From Histomonas meleagridis 2922-C6/04-290x (taxonomy: Eukaryota; Protista; Parabasalia), in contig JAANOX010000002.1 of the NCBI GenBank assembly GCA_020184695.1, forward strand, positions 310,001 through 374,000: DNA of 64,000 bases. Reading direction: 5' to 3'. Position numbers and translations under genes: made by a program. Within the stretch, counting starts at the first letter, position 1; each line of letters opens with the position of its first letter. The notes beneath the pieces were generated by a model that saw nothing but the letters and a program-made list of their open reading frames with translations, was not told the origin of the DNA and did no database searches. Positions 50,193 to 60,758 of this stretch are shown here, piece after piece.

Positions 50193-52388
50193 TCAAAAAG
50201 GATTTTTGCCGCTAAAAAGATTTCCCGTCACATTATGGAACAGTGCAAACGCCGCTGTGCATGCTGCCGGTATTAATTCCGCAGCCACAGTTACACTTCC
50301 TCCTCCTGATGCAAAAGCACTTGTTATGATAGGGCCGATTGCAGGAGCTGCAACGCATGTTCCGACAATGCAGAGGACGCCAACGCCTATACCACATAAC
50401 ATTAAACCTTGTTCTCGTGATAACTTTGGCATTGGTATATTAATTTTCAGACCTTGTGGTAAGAATTGTATTTCCATTTCGATCGTTCCAGTGTATTCGC
50501 ATTTATTAAATGTTTCTTTCTTTTCGATTGTAATTTTATAGGTATTTGATATGAAGTCATATGATACTTTCAGAAATCCATCACCAATATTAAATGTTAT
50601 TTTGTTTAATAGATCTTTTAGCTGTACGTTTTTAAGTTTGGTATCAATGCTTAAGTTAAACCATTTAGGACCAAGCTGCAAGTTGAAGTTTCCTTTCTTT
50701 TCAGTAAAGTCCCATTTCAAAAAAGTGCCATCAACGTCAATCTTAAAACCGCTTTTTGATGTGGCTTCACCCCCTGAAATTTCAATGCAGTTCGGCCCAT
50801 CGGAGATTTTACTTTTAGCCGCCTTTTTCAATGTGATGGTAATCTTTGCGAAACCTGGTAATGTAATCTCGATTGGTCTTTCGTAAGTAACCTTAGCGTT
50901 TGGTATGATTTGCTGTACTATCTTGTTTAGTTTATCTAAAAAGATTTTTTGGATTTGATCATCTGAAATAGAATTTGGACCTGTGATTTTAACGTCATTT
51001 GGCTTGAATATCGTTAACATTTGCTTTCCTAATGAATTATAACTTTCTTCAACTAAATTCTTGGGGAATTTGCATACACCATTATTGTTATATGGATCAT
51101 TAAAGATATAATGATTAGAATCATAGCCTACAAGTACTAGACAGTGCTCACCACCTTTCCATTGGAAGGTTTGTCCTTTTTTATCATCGGGATAATTGAT
51201 TGTCCAACTATCAGTAATTCTCATTTTGGTCATGTTCATTGTAGCCCATATCAAGACTGGGATATTGTCATTAGTATAACATCGAATTATATCAGATAAA
51301 TTACGTCCAATTTCAACTTGTGCCTGATATGATGGGGCCAATTTCTTATTCATTGCCTTTGCCAAACATGGAGCATAACATCCATAACCACAATTATTCC
51401 CTGATCGAACATAAGGATTTCCTACATAAGCATAATTTGGATCTGCAGCATATTTCCGCCCATTTTGACTAGACCAAGAACGTACTTCCAAACAATCATG
51501 AATGAAATTGTCAGGCGTGATGTTAACTCCGTAATATTGCATTAGCATAGTTGCTGAAACTGCTTCGCATCCTGATGGAATATTTGACTGGTTTATATAC
51601 GGCACTTTTATGAGTTTGGTGGCACTTTTTAGGTCGTGTGATATTGCGCTTCCACTGATTTGACTGGAATTTTGATCATTAATAGTGATGACACCAGCTT
51701 CAGTTGCATAATCAGGACTCCACTTTCCAACTACAACTTGACCTGGCTGAAGATTAAATCGAAGATAACAATGCCGATGAAGACGTTCACCTACATAATT
51801 ATAAAGATCATACCTCTGACCAGATGTAAGATGGAATGTATCACATTTATATGTGCAATTCTCTTCTTTACCATTGGTAATGCCAATTATTGATACAGAA
51901 ACTGTACCATAGAATTGTGAGTTGCGAAGATCAAGATAAACAGAGGTCTTGTTTGTTTTGCACCTTGGCCCGGTGTTATGGTAACCTTCGCCTTCAAACC
52001 TAAATTCAGTATCGGAAATATTGCCTTTAGGTCCGGCGCACTTCAATGCTTCACATCCATTTTCGGGGGAACTATCAGGGCTCCAACAACCTTCAATAGT
52101 TCGTCCATTAATTCCTGAAAAAACTAATTGTGCACCTGTATATTGATCTTCATGAACTCTGTTGTACAACATATATTTCTTACCTGCTTCTACATCAAAA
52201 AAATCAGCTCTGTTAGTGCAATTCCATCTTTCATTTCCTTTTATTCCATAAATTGAAACACGAACTGTTCCTTGAAAATTTGCTCGAGTGAGGTTAAGGT
52301 ATACTGAGCTGTCATTTAGTTTATCCCTTACGTTCGTTGTGGGGTTTTGATCAGTGATCCAGAAATTCTCGTCGCTTGTGTTTGCCAT
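50193..52388 (-). CDS. Peptidase C39-like protein with two N-terminal WSPD repeats and a hydrophobic C-terminal tail; bacterial-like
   Basis: KVPYINQSNIPSGCEAVSATMLMQYYG (Cys), GEHCLVLVGYD (His) and FNDPY (Asp). The duplicated module ends in GCWSPDS and GKWSPDY. First ATG at 52388. Confidence 0.85.
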   Translation of the reverse strand: MANTSDENFWITDQNPTTNVRDKLNDSSVYLNLTRANFQGTVRVSIYGIKGNERWNCTNRADFFDVEAGKKYMLYNRVHEDQYTGAQLVFSGINGRTIEGCWSPDSSPENGCEALKCAGPKGNISDTEFRFEGEGYHNTGPRCKTNKTSVYLDLRNSQFYGTVSVSIIGITNGKEENCTYKCDTFHLTSGQRYDLYNYVGERLHRHCYLRFNLQPGQVVVGKWSPDYATEAGVITINDQNSSQISGSAISHDLKSATKLIKVPYINQSNIPSGCEAVSATMLMQYYGVNITPDNFIHDCLEVRSWSSQNGRKYAADPNYAYVGNPYVRSGNNCGYGCYAPCLAKAMNKKLAPSYQAQVEIGRNLSDIIRCYTNDNIPVLIWATMNMTKMRITDSWTINYPDDKKGQTFQWKGGEHCLVLVGYDSNHYIFNDPYNNNGVCKFPKNLVEESYNSLGKQMLTIFKPNDVKITGPNSISDDQIQKIFLDKLNKIVQQIIPNAKVTYERPIEITLPGFAKITITLKKAAKSKISDGPNCIEISGGEATSKSGFKIDVDGTFLKWDFTEKKGNFNLQLGPKWFNLSIDTKLKNVQLKDLLNKITFNIGDGFLKVSYDFISNTYKITIEKKETFNKCEYTGTIEMEIQFLPQGLKINIPMPKLSREQGLMLCGIGVGVLCIVGTCVAAPAIGPIITSAFASGGGSVTVAAELIPAACTAAFALFHNVTGNLFSGKNPF

Positions 52389-52942
52389 CGAAAAAAATGC
52401 CAAAACAGTTATTAAAATAAAGTTCAGAAAAACTGATATTTTGTTGTGCTTCTTTTGTGAAACAAGCAAAAATATGAAACTTTTATCACTATCATTCCAA
52501 CCAAAGTAAAAATAAATTAAATCGAATAAAGATAAAATGTATTCAGTCTATATTTAAAAAATTTAATATATATCGTGATTATTTACTATATAAAATTCGT
52601 CTTTATATGCCAAAAATCATTTACCTGAATGAGAGTATAAATATCTTTGGTTTAAGTGATACAATTTTCCTTAAATATCAAATAATCAAAGAATGTAACT
52701 TTTAAAAATAATCGTTGAGATGATAGTGGCAAAATTTCACACGGGGAGCCATCATATTTTTTTATATCAAGGATATTTTTTTTCTCGCTAAAATTTCATG
52801 AAAGCGAAATTTGTGCAAAGCGATAAAAACCGATCGACTGTTAACATTTTTTATTTGAACTGTCGATCCCGACGGTTATGTCACACATTGAATACTTCTG
52901 TCGTCTGGTCAGTTCAAACTAAAGAAAAGCAAAAAATAGGCA

Positions 52943-55903
52943 ATGAAATCGAATTATAAAGTAATTTTACCCATTGTGATAATAGCTTCATCATGTACAT
53001 TTCGTTTAACTGTAATTAAACTCATGTTATATGAAGAATATACATCGAGATCTTTTATTAATATAATGACAAAATTTAATATTCAGATGTTAAATTCAAA
53101 AATTATAAAAAACGTCTTCATTGCATACAGAAATATATCAACAATTTACAATTACTTGATTTTTAACGTGCAAAGAGATTCTACAATATTTGAAAAAACA
53201 CTCAAGCTATTCAGATTTAACTATTTTTCAGGAATAAATTTTGTTTTACTTGTGTCTATATTATTTTTTGCCTATACAATTGAAAATAAATCGTTTCTAA
53301 ATAATACTTCAATTAAATCATTTGTTTTTGCTTGTTTATTTATACATTCATTTGAAAGCTATGATTTCTTATCAAGCACACTTAATATTGAAAGCAATGA
53401 TGACATGGAAACAGCTAGAAATTATTATTTATTAGCGAGGACAGTTAATATAAATGGAGTCACAGAAATTCCAACAGGTAAATTTCAATCATGGACTGTT
53501 TTATCTACAGTTACAATTGGCGATTCAGTAACAATTATTCAAGATGATGCATTTTCCACATGTTTAGTTTTAACTACTGTTTCATTAGGTTCAAACATTC
53601 AAACTATTGGAAATTCGGCATTCCGATCATGCACATCATTAAAAAATATTATAATTCCTAATTCGGTTAAATCAATTGGTAATTCAGCATTTGCTTCATG
53701 TGGTATTAATACAATTACAATCGGAGATAATGTTCAAACTATTGGACAAATGGCATTTACCTTATGTACACAAATAAAATCAATTACAATACCAAATTTA
53801 GTTAAAACAATAGAAACTTCTGTATTTTCATCATGCTCTGGATTAGAAACAATTAATTTTGGAGCAAATATTGAAACAATTGGCAATCTTGCATTTTCTT
53901 TATGTTCAAGTTTAACATCTATATCAATTCCAAATACAGTTAAAACAATTGGAACATCTGCATTTTCTGCTTGTTCTAGCTTGGAAACAATTAACTTTGG
54001 AACAAGTGTTGAAGTAATTGATGATCTTGCATTTTCTTTGTGTTCTAGTTTAATATCCATAACAATTCCAAATTTGGTTAAAAAAATAGAAACTTCTGTA
54101 TTTTCATCATGCTCTGGATTAGAAACAATTAATTTTGGAGCAAATATTGAAACAATTGGCAATCTTGCATTTTCTTTATGTTCAAGTTTAACATCTATAT
54201 CAATTCCAAATACAGTTAAAACAATTGGAACCTCTGCATTTTCTGCTTGTTCTGAATTAGAAACAATTAACTTTGGAACAGGTGTTGAAGTAATTGATGA
54301 TCTTGCATTTTCTTTGTGTTCTAGCTTGACATCTTTAACAATACCAAATTCAGTTGAAACAATTGGAGATTCTGCGTTTTCTGCTTGTTCTACTTTGGCA
54401 ACAATTGATTTAAGCGAATCTATTAAAGAAATTGGTAATATGGCATTTAACTTATGTCAAAATTTATTATCAATTACAATTCCACCTTTAATAACACAAA
54501 TACAAAATTCCACTTTTTCATTTTGTTATAAACTTAAAACAGTAAATTTTGGAGAAAGAATTCAAACCATTGAAAACTATGCATCCTTTTTTTGCTTAGA
54601 TTTAATATCAGTTATAATTCCCAATACAGTTAATTATATCGGTAATTATACATTCTATAATTGCTCATCATTAGAATTAGTTATTATTGGAGGAAATGTT
54701 ATGTCTATTGGTAGTTATGCTTTTGAAAATTGCAATAATATTAAATGCCTTTATTTTTATGGAGAAATTGAGCCAACCATTGGATATAATGCATTTAATA
54801 TTTCAAGAATTCTTGTAATGGTATATAATATTTATGGTAGTACAACATTTGGTGATCTTTTCACTACAACATTAACAGTTGACGGATGTACGCCTATGTC
54901 AACACTAACTTTTACAAATTCAAAAACTTTTTCAAGTACATTTACTAAATCAAATATTTTCACTAAATCAAATACATTTACTAAATCAAATATTTTCACT
55001 AAATCAAATACATTTACTAAATCAAATATTTTCACTAAATCAAATACATTTACTAAATCAAATATTTTCACTAAATCAAATACATTTACTAAATCAAATA
55101 TTTTCACTAAATCAAATACATTTACTAAATCAAATATTTTCACTAAATCAAATACATATACTAAATCAAACATGTTCACTGAATCAAAAGGATTTCTTCA
55201 ATCAAAAACATTTCTAAATTCAAACACATTTACTAAATCAAATACATATTCCAAAATAAATACAATTACTAAGTCGTATATATTTAGCGAAATTTTTAGT
55301 TATATGCCTTCAATTTCGATACAATCCAAAACAAATGATCATTCTAATACGTACAATGAATCACATTCTTTTTCATCTATGAAAAACTTTGAAACAAAAT
55401 CGACAGAATCAATTGTACTAAGCTTTACTAATACGTTCTCTTTAACATATTTATTCTCTTTTACACTATCTCTAACATATTATTTTTCAACTTTGTCAAA
55501 CACATTTATACTTTCATACATTAATTCTTCGAACATTTATATAAATACTAAATATATTTATTATGAATATTCTGTAATTTTTTATACATCATACTTTGAA
55601 TATTATTCCTATTTCTACACACTTGTTTATGCCAATTATGAACAACCAAATGATCACCATTCAAACACAACTGTTATCATTATTGTTGTTTGTGTAATAA
55701 TTATTGTAATAATTATAGTTGTAATAATTTCTGTTTTATTGTATCGCAAACTTCATAAAAACAAATTTATTTTCGAGCAATCAAGTAGTTGCGTTCAAAA
55801 CGAAACAAACTTTGATGTAAATATTGGGATTTCAAATTCAAATATTGAAGAAGATCCATTTAAACAAGATTTTGAAGATGATAAATTTTTTAACAAAATA
55901 TGA
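52943..55903 (+). CDS. BspA-like (TpLRR/LRR_5) surface protein with hexapeptide stalk, TM helix and DPF tail
   Basis: 23-aa LxSITIPNSVxTIGxxAFxxCxx repeats, FTKSN(I/T) stalk, TM segment VIIIVVCVIIIVIIIVVIISVLLY and tail EEDPFKQDFEDDKFF. The true start is uncertain. Confidence 0.93.
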   Translation: MKSNYKVILPIVIIASSCTFRLTVIKLMLYEEYTSRSFINIMTKFNIQMLNSKIIKNVFIAYRNISTIYNYLIFNVQRDSTIFEKTLKLFRFNYFSGINFVLLVSILFFAYTIENKSFLNNTSIKSFVFACLFIHSFESYDFLSSTLNIESNDDMETARNYYLLARTVNINGVTEIPTGKFQSWTVLSTVTIGDSVTIIQDDAFSTCLVLTTVSLGSNIQTIGNSAFRSCTSLKNIIIPNSVKSIGNSAFASCGINTITIGDNVQTIGQMAFTLCTQIKSITIPNLVKTIETSVFSSCSGLETINFGANIETIGNLAFSLCSSLTSISIPNTVKTIGTSAFSACSSLETINFGTSVEVIDDLAFSLCSSLISITIPNLVKKIETSVFSSCSGLETINFGANIETIGNLAFSLCSSLTSISIPNTVKTIGTSAFSACSELETINFGTGVEVIDDLAFSLCSSLTSLTIPNSVETIGDSAFSACSTLATIDLSESIKEIGNMAFNLCQNLLSITIPPLITQIQNSTFSFCYKLKTVNFGERIQTIENYASFFCLDLISVIIPNTVNYIGNYTFYNCSSLELVIIGGNVMSIGSYAFENCNNIKCLYFYGEIEPTIGYNAFNISRILVMVYNIYGSTTFGDLFTTTLTVDGCTPMSTLTFTNSKTFSSTFTKSNIFTKSNTFTKSNIFTKSNTFTKSNIFTKSNTFTKSNIFTKSNTFTKSNIFTKSNTFTKSNIFTKSNTYTKSNMFTESKGFLQSKTFLNSNTFTKSNTYSKINTITKSYIFSEIFSYMPSISIQSKTNDHSNTYNESHSFSSMKNFETKSTESIVLSFTNTFSLTYLFSFTLSLTYYFSTLSNTFILSYINSSNIYINTKYIYYEYSVIFYTSYFEYYSYFYTLVYANYEQPNDHHSNTTVIIIVVCVIIIVIIIVVIISVLLYRKLHKNKFIFEQSSSCVQNETNFDVNIGISNSNIEEDPFKQDFEDDKFFNKI
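53785..54335 (+). repeat. Near-identical 276-bp tandem duplication (4 LRRs) inside BspA
   Basis: ATAGAAACTTCTGTATTTTCATCATGCTCTGG occurs at 53810 and 54086. Confidence 0.92.
54941..55174 (+). repeat. 18-bp coding repeat x13 with 36-bp higher-order unit (FTKSNI-FTKSNT)
   Basis: Strict alternation of TT(T/C)ACTAAATCAAATATT and ...ACA units. Confidence 0.95.
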
Positions 55904-56566
55904 ACGATGATAAATTATAATTTTTACTTTATCATATCGGATTTTTTATGGAATTAAAATGAAATTAATAAACTGTATCTAATTTAAATAGCTTATTAAT
56001 TTATGATTTATTGATATTAGTTTTTCGTAAATTTAAACATTTTAAAATATATATGAATAAGAAAATCGTTGAAATCTTAAAAAAATCCTTTACAAATAAT
56101 TTTTGAGGGAGTGTATTAATACCTTTCCTAAATTTATGAAATAATTTAATGTGAATAATAATAAATAAAAATATATATCTACAAAAAATAATTTTACAAA
56201 GAACATTTTTCTTTCAAATCAAATATAAGAAATTTCAGAAAAAGGTTTGATTTTGTTTTAATCAAAGAACATATTATTATCTTTTTTGTTGAATATTTTA
56301 TGTATAAAAAAGATATAATTTTATTTTTTTTTTAATGAATTTAAACTTTAAGTCTAATTATATGATTATTTTTTGGTAATTAAAATATTATGTATTTGAT
56401 TTCAGTATTATTTTTTCGTATTTAATAAATTTTTGAATATTTAACATAATTGTGAGTTTAAGCTTGTTGAAAATAAATGGGATTTTTGATTTTAATAATA
56501 AATCTGATGAGATGATCTGTGCGAAAATATTTCTGAAATGACATTTTTCACTTAACATGTCTAAAA

Positions 56567-59500
56567 ATGCAAAGTCATGATTCCAACTCAGAAATTGACA
56601 ATTATATCTATCATATATTAGGTGAAATATATAACGAAATGGACGACTTACAAAGTAATCCAAATTTTGATGAAAAGTTTATAAATCCAGAATTAAAAGC
56701 AAAGATTCAATCCATAATTTCAAAATGCGAAAGCCAAGAGATAACATCTCTTTCTCCAAAAACTTATGAGTTGGCGTTTTCTTTGCTTACTCAAAAAAAA
56801 CCACAGTCATTAGCTCTTTTTAAAGCAATATTTAATGTAATTATCCAATTAATTAATTCAGCATCAAAATCTCTTGAACCATTTGTGCTTCATCCTTTAC
56901 TTTCAGATCTTTTTAATCTTGATATAGCTTTTCCAAAAAAAATCGATTATTTCAAAATTCTTCTAAAATCATTTAAAGAATTAAAATTGCCGGTTAACAA
57001 GCCATTTTGGTGGAGTGCGTTATCTCTTAATGTAGGAGTAGTTAAAGATGAAAAAAAACTTATTCTTTATTTTCTTGAGTCCGATTGTAATTCCCGAATT
57101 TTAGCAGAAAATAACCCAACGACATTCATTAACCTATTAAATATTGCACAAGATGTTGAAGATGATGTTAAAGTCAAGATTTTCAGAAAATTAATATATC
57201 CTTCTTTTGAAGTAACTCTTCAAACCGCATCAAATGATATCCCAATGTATCTTCCGTACATACATGCCAAGTTTTTACCAGAAACCAAACCATTATTTAA
57301 TAAATTTATCAAAAATTTTCTTGGTCTAAATTCATATTTAGCTCCATTGCTGATTGACCTTTTATACAAAACTCTAAACGCATTAGCTCCACCTGATTTT
57401 GATTCACCAATTCCACCAGACGATGAATTTTATTCAATTTTTCTTCTTTTCCGTAAAGTACTCAAAAATGTTTCAACGTATACAAAAAGTGGCATTGATT
57501 TCAAAGAGGTTACTTTCAAAAGTCTTTTAAATATAAAATATATTCCTTTTCGTAAGATGCTTTTAGTAGCACATTTATATGATACCCAAAATTACAACAA
57601 ACTTTTTGAATGCAAAAACCATTATATTACAGAAGAAGATTTATTAATTCATTTACGAAATGTATCATTTTCATTTTCACCCATTTTTCTTGGTATAAAC
57701 AAAGAAGAATTAAATGAATTTTCAGATTTATCTAAACAACGAAACAAACGATTAAAGATCCAAAACAATACGACAAAATCTATTGAGAATTCATCTTTAT
57801 TATTTACTGATCCAATATATTTTAACGATACATTTTATCAAAATTCGAACATATCAAAGAATTCACTTAATATTCATATTACAAAGAAATGGAATTTTGA
57901 ATTATCATTTGATTATGTTAATTCATTATTACAGCTATGTAAAAGCCAAACAAATTCATTAACATATCTTGTCGAAGGAATATCATTTATACAACAAAAA
58001 CTTTTTTCATATTTTCCGAATATGAATCAAACATTTCTCGTCAATAATTATTTAAATTTAGCACTTGAACAAAAGAATTTTGATTCCATTCGTTATATTT
58101 CGATGACATCTTCATTCGAAAAGGATTGGAATCAACAACAAATAAATATATTAATAAATTATATCTGTGAAGAACTTCAAAACAAAAACATTAATATCAT
58201 TGATGACGCGATATTTTATTATGTTAAATTAGCGCCGAATTCATTTAAATATTCATTACAATTATTACAATTATTACCTTTTGATGATATTAAATATATA
58301 CCAATAATATGTTCAATGTATTCGATGATCTTTAATAGTAATAAACAAAACGAAGAAATTTTGAATATTTTAACAGAGAAATTCCAAAAAATTATGATAA
58401 AAAACTTCGAAAATATTTCAGTTTTATCAGGTTTAATTACAGTATTAATCGAATTTTTAATGTCGGATTATACAAACTCTAAATATATCAATATATTATT
58501 TAATGAGTTTTTCAATTCTAAATTTAATGGTAATTACCCAATACATTTAACAATGTTTTCGATTTTCCCTTCATACATTAATATAATTAAAATTAAATGT
58601 CCTGAACTATTAAAAGAATTAATTAAATTCATCGAAAATTTATTGGAATTTCAAGTTTTATCTGATTTACTTTTTAATGAATTATTAAATGTAATTGTTG
58701 GAATATTTTCACATTTCCAAAATGGAAATAAAGAGTTCGAAAGAATACATAAAGACATTCGAATTAATTTAGAAAACCCTTCGAAAATTTCTATTTTATC
58801 TTGTCAAGCAAATCAATTCATTTCGAATAGATTAAATTCTAAAAAATTAAAAATCCCAATCGATCCACCTGATCGTTATATAACAATTGGTGAAAATGAT
58901 ATACAACATATTGTATTTAATGATGATTCAGTTCATATTAAATCAAAAACTTTTTCTCAAAATTCTGGGTATTCAATTAGAAATAAATATCAGAATTGTC
59001 CACACTCAAATAATTTGACACCATTTAAAAAAGTGGAATATGACCCCCCTCAAATTCAAGAGGATAAATTCGTTTCAACTTTTTCAAAATATATTAAGCA
59101 GAACGATAAAGATTTTAAGTTCTTTACACCGGATAGTTCTGAATTTGAGTTCTTGTCAAAAGTTGAAATTCCAAATAAATACGATTTTGAGGTTACACCG
59201 TTAAATGCTCCAACAAGTGAAAACACTGGAGTAACACCAAGGAATTCTGGGGCATTTAATACTGAAGTTCGTTTGTTATATGATTCATTACATATGACTT
59301 CATTTTATTTTTCATTTATCGACAATTTACATAAAAACAATAAAATACTATTACCCCATAAATTACTTAATATATCAGCGTCAAGAATATTTATGTTCTC
59401 TGCTAAAGAATCAATGAAAATTGGTGTTCTTTATGTAGCTAAAGAACAATTTAATCAAAACGATATATTGAAAAACTCGTGGAACGATAGCTGCATTTCA

Positions 59501-60073
59501 GAGGGATTCCGCAGTTTTGTAAAGTCTATCGGAGAGGTTATCGACCTCAGTAAACATTACGGTTTTGACGGCAGGTTGGACACCACAAACAATTTCTCAA
59601 ACGGTCGCTATCATATCTATTATGAAGACCATAGATACGAAGTATTTTATCATGTAGCACCTTTGCTACCAACAGATCAGAATGACGAACAACAAATTTA
59701 TAAGAAACGACACATAGGTAATGATAATATCCATATTGTATGGAATGATAATTATTTTGATTATAACACTACAACAATTACTTCTCAGTTTAATGACGCA
59801 CATATTGTTATATCTCCAATTCATACGACTAACGAGTTTTATAGAGTTACAATTCATAAGAAAGAACAATTTTATCAGTTCGGACTATTACAAATGGAAA
59901 CACTTGTAAGCGTTAAAGCGTTGCCAAGCTTAGTGCGGTGGACTTCTATATATAGTAATATATCTGTGAGAAGTTTCCAGAATAATAATAATAATAATTA
60001 TTTTGTACCATGTCAAATGTTCCAAATGCAAATGAAAGAACTTCAAAAAGTATCAAAAGAAGCGAATAATTAA
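56567..60073 (+). CDS. Rap/Ran-GAP domain protein, RalGAP-alpha/tuberin-like
   Basis: C-terminal KIGVLYV...GFRSFVKSIG...HYGFDGRLD...EVFYHVAPLLP...KKRHIGNDNIHIVWN. Confidence 0.9.
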   Translation: MQSHDSNSEIDNYIYHILGEIYNEMDDLQSNPNFDEKFINPELKAKIQSIISKCESQEITSLSPKTYELAFSLLTQKKPQSLALFKAIFNVIIQLINSASKSLEPFVLHPLLSDLFNLDIAFPKKIDYFKILLKSFKELKLPVNKPFWWSALSLNVGVVKDEKKLILYFLESDCNSRILAENNPTTFINLLNIAQDVEDDVKVKIFRKLIYPSFEVTLQTASNDIPMYLPYIHAKFLPETKPLFNKFIKNFLGLNSYLAPLLIDLLYKTLNALAPPDFDSPIPPDDEFYSIFLLFRKVLKNVSTYTKSGIDFKEVTFKSLLNIKYIPFRKMLLVAHLYDTQNYNKLFECKNHYITEEDLLIHLRNVSFSFSPIFLGINKEELNEFSDLSKQRNKRLKIQNNTTKSIENSSLLFTDPIYFNDTFYQNSNISKNSLNIHITKKWNFELSFDYVNSLLQLCKSQTNSLTYLVEGISFIQQKLFSYFPNMNQTFLVNNYLNLALEQKNFDSIRYISMTSSFEKDWNQQQINILINYICEELQNKNINIIDDAIFYYVKLAPNSFKYSLQLLQLLPFDDIKYIPIICSMYSMIFNSNKQNEEILNILTEKFQKIMIKNFENISVLSGLITVLIEFLMSDYTNSKYINILFNEFFNSKFNGNYPIHLTMFSIFPSYINIIKIKCPELLKELIKFIENLLEFQVLSDLLFNELLNVIVGIFSHFQNGNKEFERIHKDIRINLENPSKISILSCQANQFISNRLNSKKLKIPIDPPDRYITIGENDIQHIVFNDDSVHIKSKTFSQNSGYSIRNKYQNCPHSNNLTPFKKVEYDPPQIQEDKFVSTFSKYIKQNDKDFKFFTPDSSEFEFLSKVEIPNKYDFEVTPLNAPTSENTGVTPRNSGAFNTEVRLLYDSLHMTSFYFSFIDNLHKNNKILLPHKLLNISASRIFMFSAKESMKIGVLYVAKEQFNQNDILKNSWNDSCISEGFRSFVKSIGEVIDLSKHYGFDGRLDTTNNFSNGRYHIYYEDHRYEVFYHVAPLLPTDQNDEQQIYKKRHIGNDNIHIVWNDNYFDYNTTTITSQFNDAHIVISPIHTTNEFYRVTIHKKEQFYQFGLLQMETLVSVKALPSLVRWTSIYSNISVRSFQNNNNNNYFVPCQMFQMQMKELQKVSKEANN

Positions 60074-60169
60074 AAAAATTTTTTTTAGTAAACTTATAAT
60101 TTCTCGACTTCTAAGAATAGACAAAACTTTGTGTAAGCAAAAGTGCATTATAACTGCTAAAACTGTTTT

Positions 60170-60189
60170 AACCGTTTGGTCTGGCCTTT
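60170..60189 (+). promoter_or_regulatory. Trichomonad M3 (AACCGTTT) plus M5 (CCTTT) core promoter of RPL14
   Basis: AACCGTTT at 60170-77 fits the T. vaginalis M3 consensus. CCTTT at 60185-89 lies 6 nt before the ATG. This pairing is known from T. vaginalis ribosomal-protein genes. Confidence 0.7.
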
Positions 60190-60195
60190 TGGTGG

Positions 60196-60588
60196 ATGCC
60201 ATACACTCAATTCGTTGAATTCGGACGCGTTGCACTTGTTTCCTATGGTCCCCTTGCTGACAAGCTTGCTGTCATTGTCGACATTGTTGATGACAAGCGT
60301 GTTATGATTGATGTAATTGGATCAGAAGAACCACGTCAAATGATCCCAATTAAACGCTTAAAGCTTACTGACATTGTTGTTAAAATTGAACGTGCCGCTA
60401 AGAAAGAAGCAGTTGCTGCCGCTGTTAAGGAAGCTGATGCAGTTGCCAAATTTGAAGAAACAAAATGGGGCAAAAATCTCAAAGCTGCCTATGCCAAGTC
60501 CCAGATGAATGACTTCCAACGTTTCAAGCATGCCAAGCTTGCAGCCAAGCGTGCACAACTTGTCAAGGAACAACTTGCAAAGAATTAA
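60196..60588 (+). CDS. RPL14: 60S ribosomal protein eL14
   Basis: FVEFGRVALVSYGPLADKLAVIVDIVDDKRVMID...MNDFQRFK, with the biased codon usage of a highly expressed gene. Confidence 0.96.
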   Translation: MPYTQFVEFGRVALVSYGPLADKLAVIVDIVDDKRVMIDVIGSEEPRQMIPIKRLKLTDIVVKIERAAKKEAVAAAVKEADAVAKFEETKWGKNLKAAYAKSQMNDFQRFKHAKLAAKRAQLVKEQLAKN

Positions 60589-60758
60589 ATACCAAAATCA
60601 CACCTTAAGTAAACAGCAATATTTGCAATTCCTCTTTCTTTTATACACATTAATGAGCACAATAAAAACAATTTTATTTGTTTTTAGATTTATAACATCA
60701 AAAAAATTTCAATCGTTTGTTACCACATCAAAAATTCACTAGTGAATTATTATTTTAT

